From IMG/VR virus record IMGVR_UViG_3300005613_000223, positions 1 to 34,644 of that record: a DNA stretch of 34,644 nucleotides; one strand, 5' to 3'. Origin of the DNA: a virus. Its lineage: Duplodnaviria; Caudoviricetes. The notes under the pieces were generated by a model, which searched no databases, was not told the origin of the DNA, and was given only the letters and a program-made list of their open reading frames with translations. The position numbers and the translations under genes are program-made. Positions 1 to 8,466 of this stretch are shown in pieces. Within the stretch, counting starts at the first letter, position 1; each line of letters starts with the position of its first letter.

Positions 1-243
1 TAGAAGGTCAAGCACATCCTCGCAAGCTGATTTAATCTCTTCTACTGGTTCTGTTTGATACCCGGGATAAGTCCTTCTGTTGTCTATTATTTTTACAATC
101 AGCATCCTTAGAAGGACTGATAATGGAAGTCTTTGCTGTTTGCACCATATTTGTATATCTTCCTTTAGGTCAGGGTCAACTCTAAATTGTATCATTTCCC
201 ATTTTTCCCCGTCAGTATCAAACAATCGAAGCTGTCTATCCAT
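1..243 (-). CDS. Partial ribbon-helix-helix-like DNA-binding protein (runs off the window edge; alternative in-frame ATG at 294)
   Basis: Manual translation MDRQLRLFDTDGEKWEMIQFRVDPDLKEDIQIWCKQQRLPLSVLLRMLIVKII..., open to base 1. The IQFRV strand followed by two helices fits the RHH pattern. Not in the ORF track. Confidence 0.55.
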   Translation of the reverse strand, partial: MDRQLRLFDTDGEKWEMIQFRVDPDLKEDIQIWCKQQRLPLSVLLRMLIVKIIDNRRTYPGYQTEPVEEIKSACEDVLDLL

Positions 244-400
244 ATACTTTTTTTTCCGTCCTCCGCCACCAATACTCTTTGATATCCAACCCATTGTTTA
301 ACCTTAGATCGCCACGATAATCGTCAGGTTCCCTTTTCGAGTTTAACCTTCCGCTTTCGCCATATAAACACCTCCTTGGCTCCGTATGCCGGTGACCAAT

Positions 401-565
401 TTATTGCATTATTTTTAAAAGAACAATATTCCGAATAAAAACACTTCGTTCCTTTTCGGCTTTTTCCGACATTTCCTTGACAAGTTTATATTGTTTTTCC
501 GTAAACCTGACGTTCACAATCCGTGAATAGGGTTCATCCTTTTTTGGTCTTCCCATTTTTGCCAC
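401..565 (-). CDS. Small ribbon-helix-helix (CopG/Arc-like) regulator, 54 aa
   Basis: GGAGGT RBS and GTG start. Translation MAKMGRPKKDEPYSRIVNVRFTEKQYKLVKEMSEKAEKERSVFIRNIVLLKIMQ has a GRPKK arm, VNVRF strand and SVFIR helix. Confidence 0.7.
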   Translation of the reverse strand: MAKMGRPKKDEPYSRIVNVRFTEKQYKLVKEMSEKAEKERSVFIRNIVLLKIMQ

Positions 566-608
566 GTATCACCTCCGTATTTCGGTGAGCAATACTTTTT
601 CCGGTTGT

Positions 609-812
609 CTATTCTCCCGGAACTAAACTTTTACTCAACCTCATGTTTGTTATTCCCTTTGCGCCAATAGAAAACTCTACTTTTACAAAGGTAAATTTAT
701 TCTCTATCGCCCAATTATGCACCTGATTACACAGCTGATTTAGTGCCTCTACTCTCTTACATTTTCCATCTTCATTATAGTTGCATTTGAACGGAGCGGA
801 TGCCATTCTCAC
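609..812 (-). CDS. Hypothetical protein (probable start ATG 806)
   Basis: ORF with GAGGTG RBS directly downstream of a leftward promoter. Confidence 0.55.
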   Translation of the reverse strand: MRMASAPFKCNYNEDGKCKRVEALNQLCNQVHNWAIENKFTFVKVEFSIGAKGITNMRLSKSLVPGE

Positions 813-844
813 CTCTTACTTTTTGTATGCTTCTTGTATTACAA

Positions 845-874
845 AATATACCACAAAAAGATAGAGTTTGTCAA
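845..874 (-). promoter_or_regulatory. Sigma70-type promoter for the leftward small regulator genes
   Basis: TTGACA (874-869), 18 nt spacer, TATATT (850-845) with extended -10 TG. Confidence 0.6.
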
Positions 875-955
875 GTAAAAGTTTTAAGATATTTTCAGGC
901 GGGTTTATTGAGGTATATACTATTTATCTATCCTCAATTATTTTCTTAGTTTTTC

Positions 956-984
956 TTGACAAATCGGAAGGCATATGGTATGTA
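956..984 (+). promoter_or_regulatory. Possible divergent promoter for 1005..1199
   Basis: TTGACA at 956-961, 17 nt spacer, weak TATGTA preceded by TG. AGGAGGT RBS downstream. Confidence 0.35.
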
Positions 985-1004
985 AAAGTAAATAGGAGGT
1001 ATGT

Positions 1005-1199
1005 ATGAGATTGTTGATGGCATTGGTTATACTTGTTATTCTTACTATGTTTGTAATAGGATACATCACAGAATGTAAAGCCCGTGAAAAACTTGATGAG
1101 GCATGTTTTGCAGAGTGTCTAAATATACATAATGCTTATGATTACTGCGAGAGACAATGTACATATGAGGAAGAAGAACTTAACCCAATTCTCCGTTAG
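1005..1199 (+). CDS. Small membrane-anchored or secreted Cys-rich protein
   Basis: Strong RBS AGGAGGT, N-terminal hydrophobic helix, five Cys in the C-terminal part. Convergent with the PurD-like gene. Confidence 0.65.
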   Translation: MRLLMALVILVILTMFVIGYITECKAREKLDEACFAECLNIHNAYDYCERQCTYEEEELNPILR

Positions 1200-2230
1200 A
1201 TAACCCCCCACCTGCGGAGCAGTTTCTCATCATCCTCAAATTTCCAGCCTATATCGGTTCGGTATTGCATAAAGGGAAGGGTTATATTAGACAAGGTTCT
1301 ATATACTCTTCTTCGGCACTCTATTATATCCCGCCCTCTTGCTACTACTGTCATCACCCTGCCATTACTCCCGGCTACATAGTATTTATTCTCTTCTTTC
1401 TTAACATCATGTAGCCAGATATGCTTTAGGTTTTGTTCATTTAGTCCCTCTATTTGAGCCGGTAAAGGTGCATTTCTTAAGCAGATATGGGGATAAGGGG
1501 GAACCGTGACTAGAACAGATAAGGCATAATCATTCATAAAGTCAGCATAGCCGTTAGAACCTATGGCTATACCGTGGAAAAGCCTCGTGAGACTGCCTTT
1601 ATAGAGTTCTGCGAAGGTAGGCAGTAAATCTACCTTAACAAAGAGTTTCATCGCATATAGGGCCTCTTTTGTCGCAGATACCCTTATTGTGATAGGGCCT
1701 CGGTATGATGTCTTTTTTAATAAATCCTCCATCTTCCCTACCGTTTCTCTCATAATACGAGAGTCTTTAGATACCATCTTCATAGTAACCCCGGCATAGG
1801 GAACTATAGGGCCAATATCCCCGTTCATTAACCTGTCTTCTGTCATAGTGATGGAATGGAAATGGGAGGCAAATCCATCCCACCACATTTGACAATCTAC
1901 CACAACCGAATTTGGCGGAAAATCGAGGCAAGGTTTAATCTTAGCGAGAGTTAATAACTGTTGACCATAGATGTCGTTGGTGTCGGCGTGGTCGGCCCAT
2001 CTACAAGCCCCAACGACAGGACAAGTAAAGCTATCTGCATATTTACCGTATGAAGACGTATCGAATATGGTTAAGTCATATCCCCCATTCTTATTTTTCT
2101 TGGCTATCCCCTCCCCTATTGAGCCACTTCTTTTATCAAGAGGAAGGAAATAGGGAATATGGCCTTCCTTGCCTATCCTCTGGGATAAACCTAAACAATT
2201 ACCTGATTTACTCGCTACTAATACTTTCAT
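1196..2230 (-). CDS. Divergent PurD (GAR synthetase)-like ATP-grasp-family protein
   Basis: MKVLV N-terminus. C-terminal GSNGRVMTVVARG...RVYRTL...MQYRTDIG matches the GARS C-domain. LMNGDIGP resembles the catalytic loop region. The B-domain appears absent. Confidence 0.7.
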   Translation of the reverse strand: MKVLVASKSGNCLGLSQRIGKEGHIPYFLPLDKRSGSIGEGIAKKNKNGGYDLTIFDTSSYGKYADSFTCPVVGACRWADHADTNDIYGQQLLTLAKIKPCLDFPPNSVVVDCQMWWDGFASHFHSITMTEDRLMNGDIGPIVPYAGVTMKMVSKDSRIMRETVGKMEDLLKKTSYRGPITIRVSATKEALYAMKLFVKVDLLPTFAELYKGSLTRLFHGIAIGSNGYADFMNDYALSVLVTVPPYPHICLRNAPLPAQIEGLNEQNLKHIWLHDVKKEENKYYVAGSNGRVMTVVARGRDIIECRRRVYRTLSNITLPFMQYRTDIGWKFEDDEKLLRRWGVI

Positions 2231-5200
2231 TTTACCGGTTTAAAATCTATTTTTTTTGTTTCTTCTTTCCTTATTCTATCAAGTAAATCCTGTACATTTT
2301 TACGGGCATAGGGATAGAATTTTCTTTTCTCCTCATTAGTCATTTTCTTTGTGTAAAGATAATATTGTTCTTTACTGGAAAGATTTTTAAAAGTTCTTAT
2401 ATCATCAGGAAGGGTAGCACTTTGAATAAACTCATTTATGTTTTTTCTTGTGTCTCTTGTTTCTTTCCCCGCCTTGATGACACCGTTTTCAACAGCCTCG
2501 ATAATATCTTTTTGAGTAGCTTTCCCCTTGGCTATTTTAGTTCTTAATTTTTCTCTTTCGACTCTGTATTCTGCCTTTCCTTTTCTAAGTTCAGCCATCC
2601 CCTTTTCAAGCTCGGTAGCACCTCTTTTTTTGTAAAATAGATATTCTGTCCAATGTTTATCCCCTTTTATTAAAGCTAGTGTATCTTTGGTAGATAGATA
2701 GCCCGGCACATGAATTTTTATGCTTTCTATCATCTTTCGTTTAGCCATTGCCCTTTTTCTTTTTTGCCACGAGCTGTCTCCATAAGAAGTAAAATATTCA
2801 TATAGTCCCATCATAAGCTGTGCTGTTGGGGGTACTCCCGTTGGGGCAGTTCCAAGAAGATAACTTCGCTCATAGCCTAAATTTACCAAGATTGCCCCAC
2901 CTATAATAAGATACTTAAGATAATTCATTCTATCCCCAAGGGTTACTTTTAAATTCTCATCATATCCTGTCTGTCCCGCAAAGGCTCTCGTAGCTGCTTC
3001 TCTATGAAAAACAAACCAATGATTCATCCACCAGCTTTGTAGTCTGGTAAGTGGGGCAAGGGTTTTATGCCTAAACATTTCAGGCATACCCAGACCTATA
3101 TACTGATATTGTGTAGTATGCGCCCCGTATTCCATTTCCTTACTAAGTTTTTCTTTCTCACTAGGATAGAAGAAGTTTTTATCTTCTTTATAAGTCCTCT
3201 GGGGATCCGCCCATCCAAGATGAGCTTTTCTAGGGTTTTGGATATTATCTGCTGTCCAGTGATAAGCACAATTCATGGTTTGAGAAACATTACTAATAGC
3301 TGTCCATTGATAAGGAGCTAAACTAAGTTTCTCTATTTTGTTTCTTAATCCTAATGGTAAGTCCTCAAATCCTGTATATGATTTTTTAAATAAGCTATCT
3401 GTTTTCAGCTCTTCTAATACAGGATAAGAAGATGTTGGTGTATATCCTTTTATGGTATTTTTAAAACCATATAAGGCTACGTTTTGCAATGTCTGGAATT
3501 TATTTCTGACAAGCTGCCTGGGGTTAATCCCTGACATTGCTCCATAAATGGGTAACTTACTCACTGCTGAAAGCATCATAGTCATAGGTCTTTGCCCTAT
3601 ATGCTTACCAAAGGGTTTAAGAACACTATTGGCAACATCCTTTATGGGTGAATCTACTATCCAACGATTTACGCTTTCATCTAAAGCAGATTGTCGTGAA
3701 CCCAATGCGATATTCACATAGTCAAGAAGCCACTTTTTCGTTGATGCTGGCATAGTCATTTGGGCATCATATACCTTTCGTTCTTGGGGGGTAAGACTCT
3801 TATAAACTAATTTGTCTTTTGACAATATACCCAGTTCTTTGTTGAGTATATTCTTGGGGATAGAAAGATGAATTTCTTTTAATGCCGTCCAGGTCATTGC
3901 TTTCGTGACATAGGACAAATCAGAACTGAATTTTTTTAGTAAATCATCTTTTAGTTTTCTCTGCATTTCCATAGGATTATAGACTTTCTTTCCTATGGTT
4001 TGTTCTGACCAGTATTTAAGCCCTTCAGGTAAGGGGTGTTTGCCCTGGATTACTTCATCTGACATCTTATCTGCTATGTGTCTATAATATGCCTGTCTAT
4101 AAGGTATAGGGTCTAACTCTAAAGAGGCCCTTACCTCATTTTCTCTTTTGATTAAATCCCTGCTTAAATCTCTAAAATAATTAAATGCTTGTTTACTCTT
4201 TTCAGACAAGTTAGGAGGGGCTTCTTCTTGGGTGTTTAATAGTTGGGCCATACTCTTTGTGTTGACTTTTGCCTTCTTCATTTCCGATATTACTTTATCG
4301 GTTTGATGTGTCAGCTCCGCGTATTCTAAATCTAGATTTTGTTTGCCTATTTCCATTGGCTTGACTAGCTTTTTAATCCCTAGTAATTCAGCATACCGGG
4401 TTTGAGAAGTAAGAAATTTAGCTGGAGTTGGTGTTTTAAACTTCTGCTCAAAGAGTTCTGGTTTAGCCAATTTCGTAGAAGTAGCAATTGACGGTGGAAC
4501 CATTTTCCCCTTTTTATAACGTGGTTCAGATACTTTTTCGAGAGCATCAGTAAATACATCTGCTTCTTCTTGAGTCATATTTTTCATAGAAGTTTTACCC
4601 GTCATTACCTTTGCTATTTTTCTATAACCAGGGGTAGTTTTTCCTTTAGGAGTAATAAGACCTTTCTTTTTGGCTATAAGATGAGTGTTTCTTTTTTGGT
4701 CTTGGGTAACCATTTGGGGTTTTGGTTCTTTAACTGATTGTAATAAATCTATTGCTATTGGTATCTGTTGTCCGGCAGCAGTAGCCATAATCCCTTGGTT
4801 TCCTGTTATACTTATTAGCTTACCTATTTGGTCACCAAATTTAACCATCTCTCCCACAACATAAGGAACTGGTGTTTGTGCTGAATGAGAAGCGGCTTTC
4901 ATAAGACTTCCTACTTGAGGATATTGACGGCTCATAGAAGCTAAGGTATCTACTTTCTGTAAAGGAGCCATATTTTTAGGTAAGTTTATTCCAGCATTTT
5001 TAGATAAAAAATCTTCTACTTTAGGTAAATTTTTAGTAAGATTTTCTAACTCCTTTAAACCCCTCTTCATTTGTATAGACTGTCTTAAACCCTGGATACC
5101 TTGGGTTGTTAATACTCCAACATATACCAAACCTGTAATAGTCTTTAGAAGTTCTGCGCCGTGGGTAGTAGTTACCTTGTCTTTACCTTCACCATATAAA

Positions 5201-5607
5201 GGAAATTCCTTAAACCAGTATGGATGTTTTTCAGCCATATCTGCAGTCCAAGATTCAACCCTTTTCCCTATCTTTTCAACAGGTTCTTTAAGAAACTCAG
5301 GCATTGGAAGTGGTTTTGGGTCTCCAGGGTCTTTGCTGATAAACTCTGCAAATTTATCACGTGCTTTTATTATAGCTTCACCCATACCCCTAACATCTTG
5401 TCCTGCTATTTGTAGAGATTGTTCGAATTCCTGTGCTAACTCTTTTGGTGGCGGAGAAAGAGGGTTAAGAAAGGCATCCTTAAGCATCTTACCATAGGTT
5501 TTGAATGCGTTTGGTCTCTCTTCTTTAATTTCCTCTGGTTTAAAATCTATTTTAGGTTCTTCTAATGGTTTAAATTCTATTGCCATTGGGTTAAATTCTA
5601 TTGCCAT
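2227..5607 (-). CDS. Large internal virion / DNA ejection protein (1126 aa)
   Basis: Large helical Lys-rich protein, last of three genes after the tail genes, which is the typical position of podovirus ejection proteins. Confidence 0.55.
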   Translation of the reverse strand: MAIEFNPMAIEFKPLEEPKIDFKPEEIKEERPNAFKTYGKMLKDAFLNPLSPPPKELAQEFEQSLQIAGQDVRGMGEAIIKARDKFAEFISKDPGDPKPLPMPEFLKEPVEKIGKRVESWTADMAEKHPYWFKEFPLYGEGKDKVTTTHGAELLKTITGLVYVGVLTTQGIQGLRQSIQMKRGLKELENLTKNLPKVEDFLSKNAGINLPKNMAPLQKVDTLASMSRQYPQVGSLMKAASHSAQTPVPYVVGEMVKFGDQIGKLISITGNQGIMATAAGQQIPIAIDLLQSVKEPKPQMVTQDQKRNTHLIAKKKGLITPKGKTTPGYRKIAKVMTGKTSMKNMTQEEADVFTDALEKVSEPRYKKGKMVPPSIATSTKLAKPELFEQKFKTPTPAKFLTSQTRYAELLGIKKLVKPMEIGKQNLDLEYAELTHQTDKVISEMKKAKVNTKSMAQLLNTQEEAPPNLSEKSKQAFNYFRDLSRDLIKRENEVRASLELDPIPYRQAYYRHIADKMSDEVIQGKHPLPEGLKYWSEQTIGKKVYNPMEMQRKLKDDLLKKFSSDLSYVTKAMTWTALKEIHLSIPKNILNKELGILSKDKLVYKSLTPQERKVYDAQMTMPASTKKWLLDYVNIALGSRQSALDESVNRWIVDSPIKDVANSVLKPFGKHIGQRPMTMMLSAVSKLPIYGAMSGINPRQLVRNKFQTLQNVALYGFKNTIKGYTPTSSYPVLEELKTDSLFKKSYTGFEDLPLGLRNKIEKLSLAPYQWTAISNVSQTMNCAYHWTADNIQNPRKAHLGWADPQRTYKEDKNFFYPSEKEKLSKEMEYGAHTTQYQYIGLGMPEMFRHKTLAPLTRLQSWWMNHWFVFHREAATRAFAGQTGYDENLKVTLGDRMNYLKYLIIGGAILVNLGYERSYLLGTAPTGVPPTAQLMMGLYEYFTSYGDSSWQKRKRAMAKRKMIESIKIHVPGYLSTKDTLALIKGDKHWTEYLFYKKRGATELEKGMAELRKGKAEYRVEREKLRTKIAKGKATQKDIIEAVENGVIKAGKETRDTRKNINEFIQSATLPDDIRTFKNLSSKEQYYLYTKKMTNEEKRKFYPYARKNVQDLLDRIRKEETKKIDFKPVK
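5567..5607 (-). repeat. 21-nt-period tandem duplication at the start of the large ejection protein (MAIEFNP MAIEFKP)
   Basis: ttaaattctattgccat occurs twice in tandem. Confidence 0.85.
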
Positions 5608-5608
5608 A

Positions 5609-6244
5609 TTATCTCACCACCTCATACCCTGCTTTAATTGCTTCTTCTAATTGTTCGGAAGGAATAGTTCCAAGAACTCCATCGGGTGATTTAACCTTAA
5701 CTTCTTTTTTTGATCCCCCCTTGGGTTCAATAGTAGGGGAAAGTTCTTTTTTCTTCCCCCAACTTTCCCAAGGCCACCTAAAACCTTCTTTTTCTTTTGG
5801 TAGAGGAATACCCGTAGAATAGTCTTGATCACCCAGAGCTGTGGTTGCCCCCCCCTTACTAATATACACCCCAGCCAATTTTTTAGTTTCATCCATAGTG
5901 TATCCTTCTAAGGGTTTCCCCATTGCCACAGCTTGACGGGCATTTTCTTTAGACCATTTGCTTTTTCCAGTTTCTTCACTTGCTAGTGATGTTAAAGGAA
6001 GTCCTGACCTCTTCTCTAACTCAATAGTGAATGGGTGCTCTCTTACTTTAGCTGCAACATCTTCAGGTAAATCCTTCATTATGGATTGAAGCACTTTAGC
6101 ATCATTGCGTGCATTTGTTTTTTCATCTTGTTCTCTCCCATAGGCCGCTTGTTTACCGGCAATCCACCCTTGAGATATACCCCTGGCGACATCTCCCCAC
6201 GGTTCAGGGTCTTTTGGTACTATTTGTATTGGCATACTAGGCAT
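5609..6244 (-). CDS. Internal virion / ejection protein (probable start ATG 6244)
   Basis: GGAGGT RBS before MPSMPIQ. C-terminal VKVKSPDGVLGTIPSEQLEEAIKAGY motif. Lies between the pilot-like and large ejection genes. Confidence 0.5.
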   Translation of the reverse strand: MPSMPIQIVPKDPEPWGDVARGISQGWIAGKQAAYGREQDEKTNARNDAKVLQSIMKDLPEDVAAKVREHPFTIELEKRSGLPLTSLASEETGKSKWSKENARQAVAMGKPLEGYTMDETKKLAGVYISKGGATTALGDQDYSTGIPLPKEKEGFRWPWESWGKKKELSPTIEPKGGSKKEVKVKSPDGVLGTIPSEQLEEAIKAGYEVVR

Positions 6245-6269
6245 TTTTACCTCCTGTTTAAAATTACTA

Positions 6270-7067
6270 TCATCCTCCACCCCAGGCATATCCTAATCCG
6301 GTTGATAAACCACCTGCTATCTGCGGTACTAACCCTGTCTGTCCTGGTTTATAGATACCCGTTTTTGTTTGTGTTCCTAATAGATTAGATACAAAATCTA
6401 AGATTGGGTTTAGCTGTGGATAACTCTGTCGCGTATCTTCTATCCTGCTACTTAGTTCTTGCTGTTCTATTAGTCTAGGAAGTGCACCATATTTCATTGC
6501 TGCTTCTATCTGCGGTATTCCACCCTCTTGCCACTCAAAATCTCTGGCATAAGGAAGTAGTTTAGCAGACTGTTCTTGTGACCACTTATACAAATCCCCT
6601 ATGTCTCTCATACGGGTTGCACCCATTTCCCCATAAATCTGGCCTAAACCTCTCTCTGTTCCACTACTTCTTAAATTCCCCCCAGGCACCATAGACTCTT
6701 TAAACCCTGGTATTAGTTCTTGTTGCATATACCTTTGCACCATAGGGTCATAGTGTTTCATATGAAAGGCTTCTGCTTCCTGTGGTGTAAGTCCTGATAT
6801 GCCTCTCTTGTAGGCTTCTGAAGATAAACTAGATATACTGTTAGGATCGGGGGGTGCATTTAGATATTCACCCAGTTTAGAAAGCCCCATCTGTTCATAT
6901 TGAGATAAAGGAGCAGTAAAGGCTTCTCCCCATTGGGGCAATCCCTGGCCTATCTGCCCCATAGCGTATTCAGTTCCTTTTTTCATCAAGTCACGTTGAT
7001 CTTTAGTCATTGTACTTTGGGTCTGTACTTCACCCTCGCTGCCAAATAATGAATCCCAAAAACTCAT
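6270..7067 (-). CDS. DNA pilot / ejection protein-like
   Basis: MSFWDSLFGS start, Gln/Gly-rich body, Gly-rich hydrophobic C-terminus (GLVPQIAGGLSTGLGYAWGGG). Position fits. Confidence 0.55.
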   Translation of the reverse strand: MSFWDSLFGSEGEVQTQSTMTKDQRDLMKKGTEYAMGQIGQGLPQWGEAFTAPLSQYEQMGLSKLGEYLNAPPDPNSISSLSSEAYKRGISGLTPQEAEAFHMKHYDPMVQRYMQQELIPGFKESMVPGGNLRSSGTERGLGQIYGEMGATRMRDIGDLYKWSQEQSAKLLPYARDFEWQEGGIPQIEAAMKYGALPRLIEQQELSSRIEDTRQSYPQLNPILDFVSNLLGTQTKTGIYKPGQTGLVPQIAGGLSTGLGYAWGGG

Positions 7068-7069
7068 AA

Positions 7070-7663
7070 TTACCTCCTTACTAATGCTGCCGCATCCTCA
7101 ATATCCTTTGCGGTACTTCCAATTTCTAAATATTTCGCTATTTTTTCTATCATCTTCTTTGGTTCTTTCTTCAGTTCTTCGAAATCTACCATGATATATG
7201 AATGTTTATGTTTATTAACATAGTGCATAGCTGATGAGAAGTTTGCGTTTACTCCATATAATGCTTCTCCATAAGTTCCATCAAACTCTTTATGCGTTCC
7301 GCACCAGTCCATTGAACCGGCATCAGTCAATACTTTCTGAAAAGACTTTGCGGCATCGTGTATGTCACGTGCCATTACTATATACTTATCAACAGGGAAT
7401 TGGCGGATTAACATAGGAAACACTTTAACAACCCTATCGTTATCATCTTCGTTCCACTCGAACCTCGTCTTTGCCACTTCATAGTCATGTAATTCCCAAT
7501 AACCACCAGGATTATGTTTTAGTGAGAAATGAGGCACTGACTTTTGTCCATAGATAGTACATCCTAACTTTCCTACAATTCTCATCATCAAACTTGTCCC
7601 TGCTCTTGGCATCCCTGTCACACCAACTCTTATTCCTGTTTCTACTCTGCTTTTCACCTTCAT
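7070..7663 (-). CDS. Sulfotransferase-family (PAPS-binding P-loop) protein
   Basis: VTGMPRAGTSLMM 5'-PSB loop, VVK, IVMARDIHDAAKS 3'-PB motif, FEELKKEPKKMIEKIAKYL. ATG 7663 has an RBS and overlaps the upstream stop (ATGA). Confidence 0.8.
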   Translation of the reverse strand: MKVKSRVETGIRVGVTGMPRAGTSLMMRIVGKLGCTIYGQKSVPHFSLKHNPGGYWELHDYEVAKTRFEWNEDDNDRVVKVFPMLIRQFPVDKYIVMARDIHDAAKSFQKVLTDAGSMDWCGTHKEFDGTYGEALYGVNANFSSAMHYVNKHKHSYIMVDFEELKKEPKKMIEKIAKYLEIGSTAKDIEDAAALVRR

Positions 7664-8466
7664 TCCCCCTTCCATGCTATCCAATGGTATGTGTTTCCAG
7701 ATACATTAAAGTTTACTGACCCACCGCCAGTGCCATCACCAACCGTGAAACCATCTGCGTCCAAGCTAGCAATCATGTCTGGACCATACCTGAAAGATGC
7801 ATCCCATACGGCTGTATATCCAGCCATTGTTGAGGTTGATACACCTCTCCTCGAATTTCCAGGTGTACCAATAAATACCATTACCACATCTGGTTGAAAA
7901 CCCACTCCCGTGATAGCTTGACTGTTGTTTCCATCACCATCGTATGAACCCACCTTCATCCGAGTCTTTATGTAAAGTTTGTTGGTTGTCAAGTTAGCGA
8001 ATACCGTTTCTTCATCGGTAAACTCCTCAAGGTACTCGGCATCGGTTTGAGATAACTGCATCTTCACCTTTTCATCTTCATCGCTTGGGGCTGGGATAGC
8101 GGCAATCTCCTCGTCAACATACTTCTTATTTGCAAACTCATAATTAGCGTCGGGTGCGGCACTTGGAGAAATGGGAAACTTAGAAAATGTCTTTTCTCCT
8201 GTAATCGTTTCTTCTCCCGCCAGGTGACATAATTCAGCTAAGGTTTCACCACTATCTACTAATCCCCCATCTTCATCTGTCTTTAAGATATTCCCGCTTG
8301 TCGGGCTATCAGCTGTATCAGTCTGGCGTGAGTGAAGGCGACGGAACATATCTTCCAAAGAACGAGACAACTCATTAAGATAATCCTCAAGTTCCTGCTT
8401 CTGCATTTCCGGGTCTTCACTTTTATAAGTGAACCTCTGCGGTAAATCTACACTGAACAAACTCAT
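7660..8466 (-). CDS. Tail fibre / tail-associated structural protein
   Basis: GEETITGEKTF and ANKKYVD fibre motifs. C-terminal GSYDGDG...GVGFQPDVV...DGFTVG...YHWIAW domain is of a type seen in phage tail proteins. Confidence 0.7.
   Translation of the reverse strand: MSLFSVDLPQRFTYKSEDPEMQKQELEDYLNELSRSLEDMFRRLHSRQTDTADSPTSGNILKTDEDGGLVDSGETLAELCHLAGEETITGEKTFSKFPISPSAAPDANYEFANKKYVDEEIAAIPAPSDEDEKVKMQLSQTDAEYLEEFTDEETVFANLTTNKLYIKTRMKVGSYDGDGNNSQAITGVGFQPDVVMVFIGTPGNSRRGVSTSTMAGYTAVWDASFRYGPDMIASLDADGFTVGDGTGGGSVNFNVSGNTYHWIAWKGE

Noticed and set aside
343-375. Strong RBS followed by the 6-codon ORF MAKAEG
   Set aside because: Too short to assess, and no recognisable RNA motif could be supported.
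1196-2230. Calling this gene purD as a functional auxiliary metabolic gene
   Set aside because: Key Gly-rich and lid motifs are missing, so only family-level similarity is supported.
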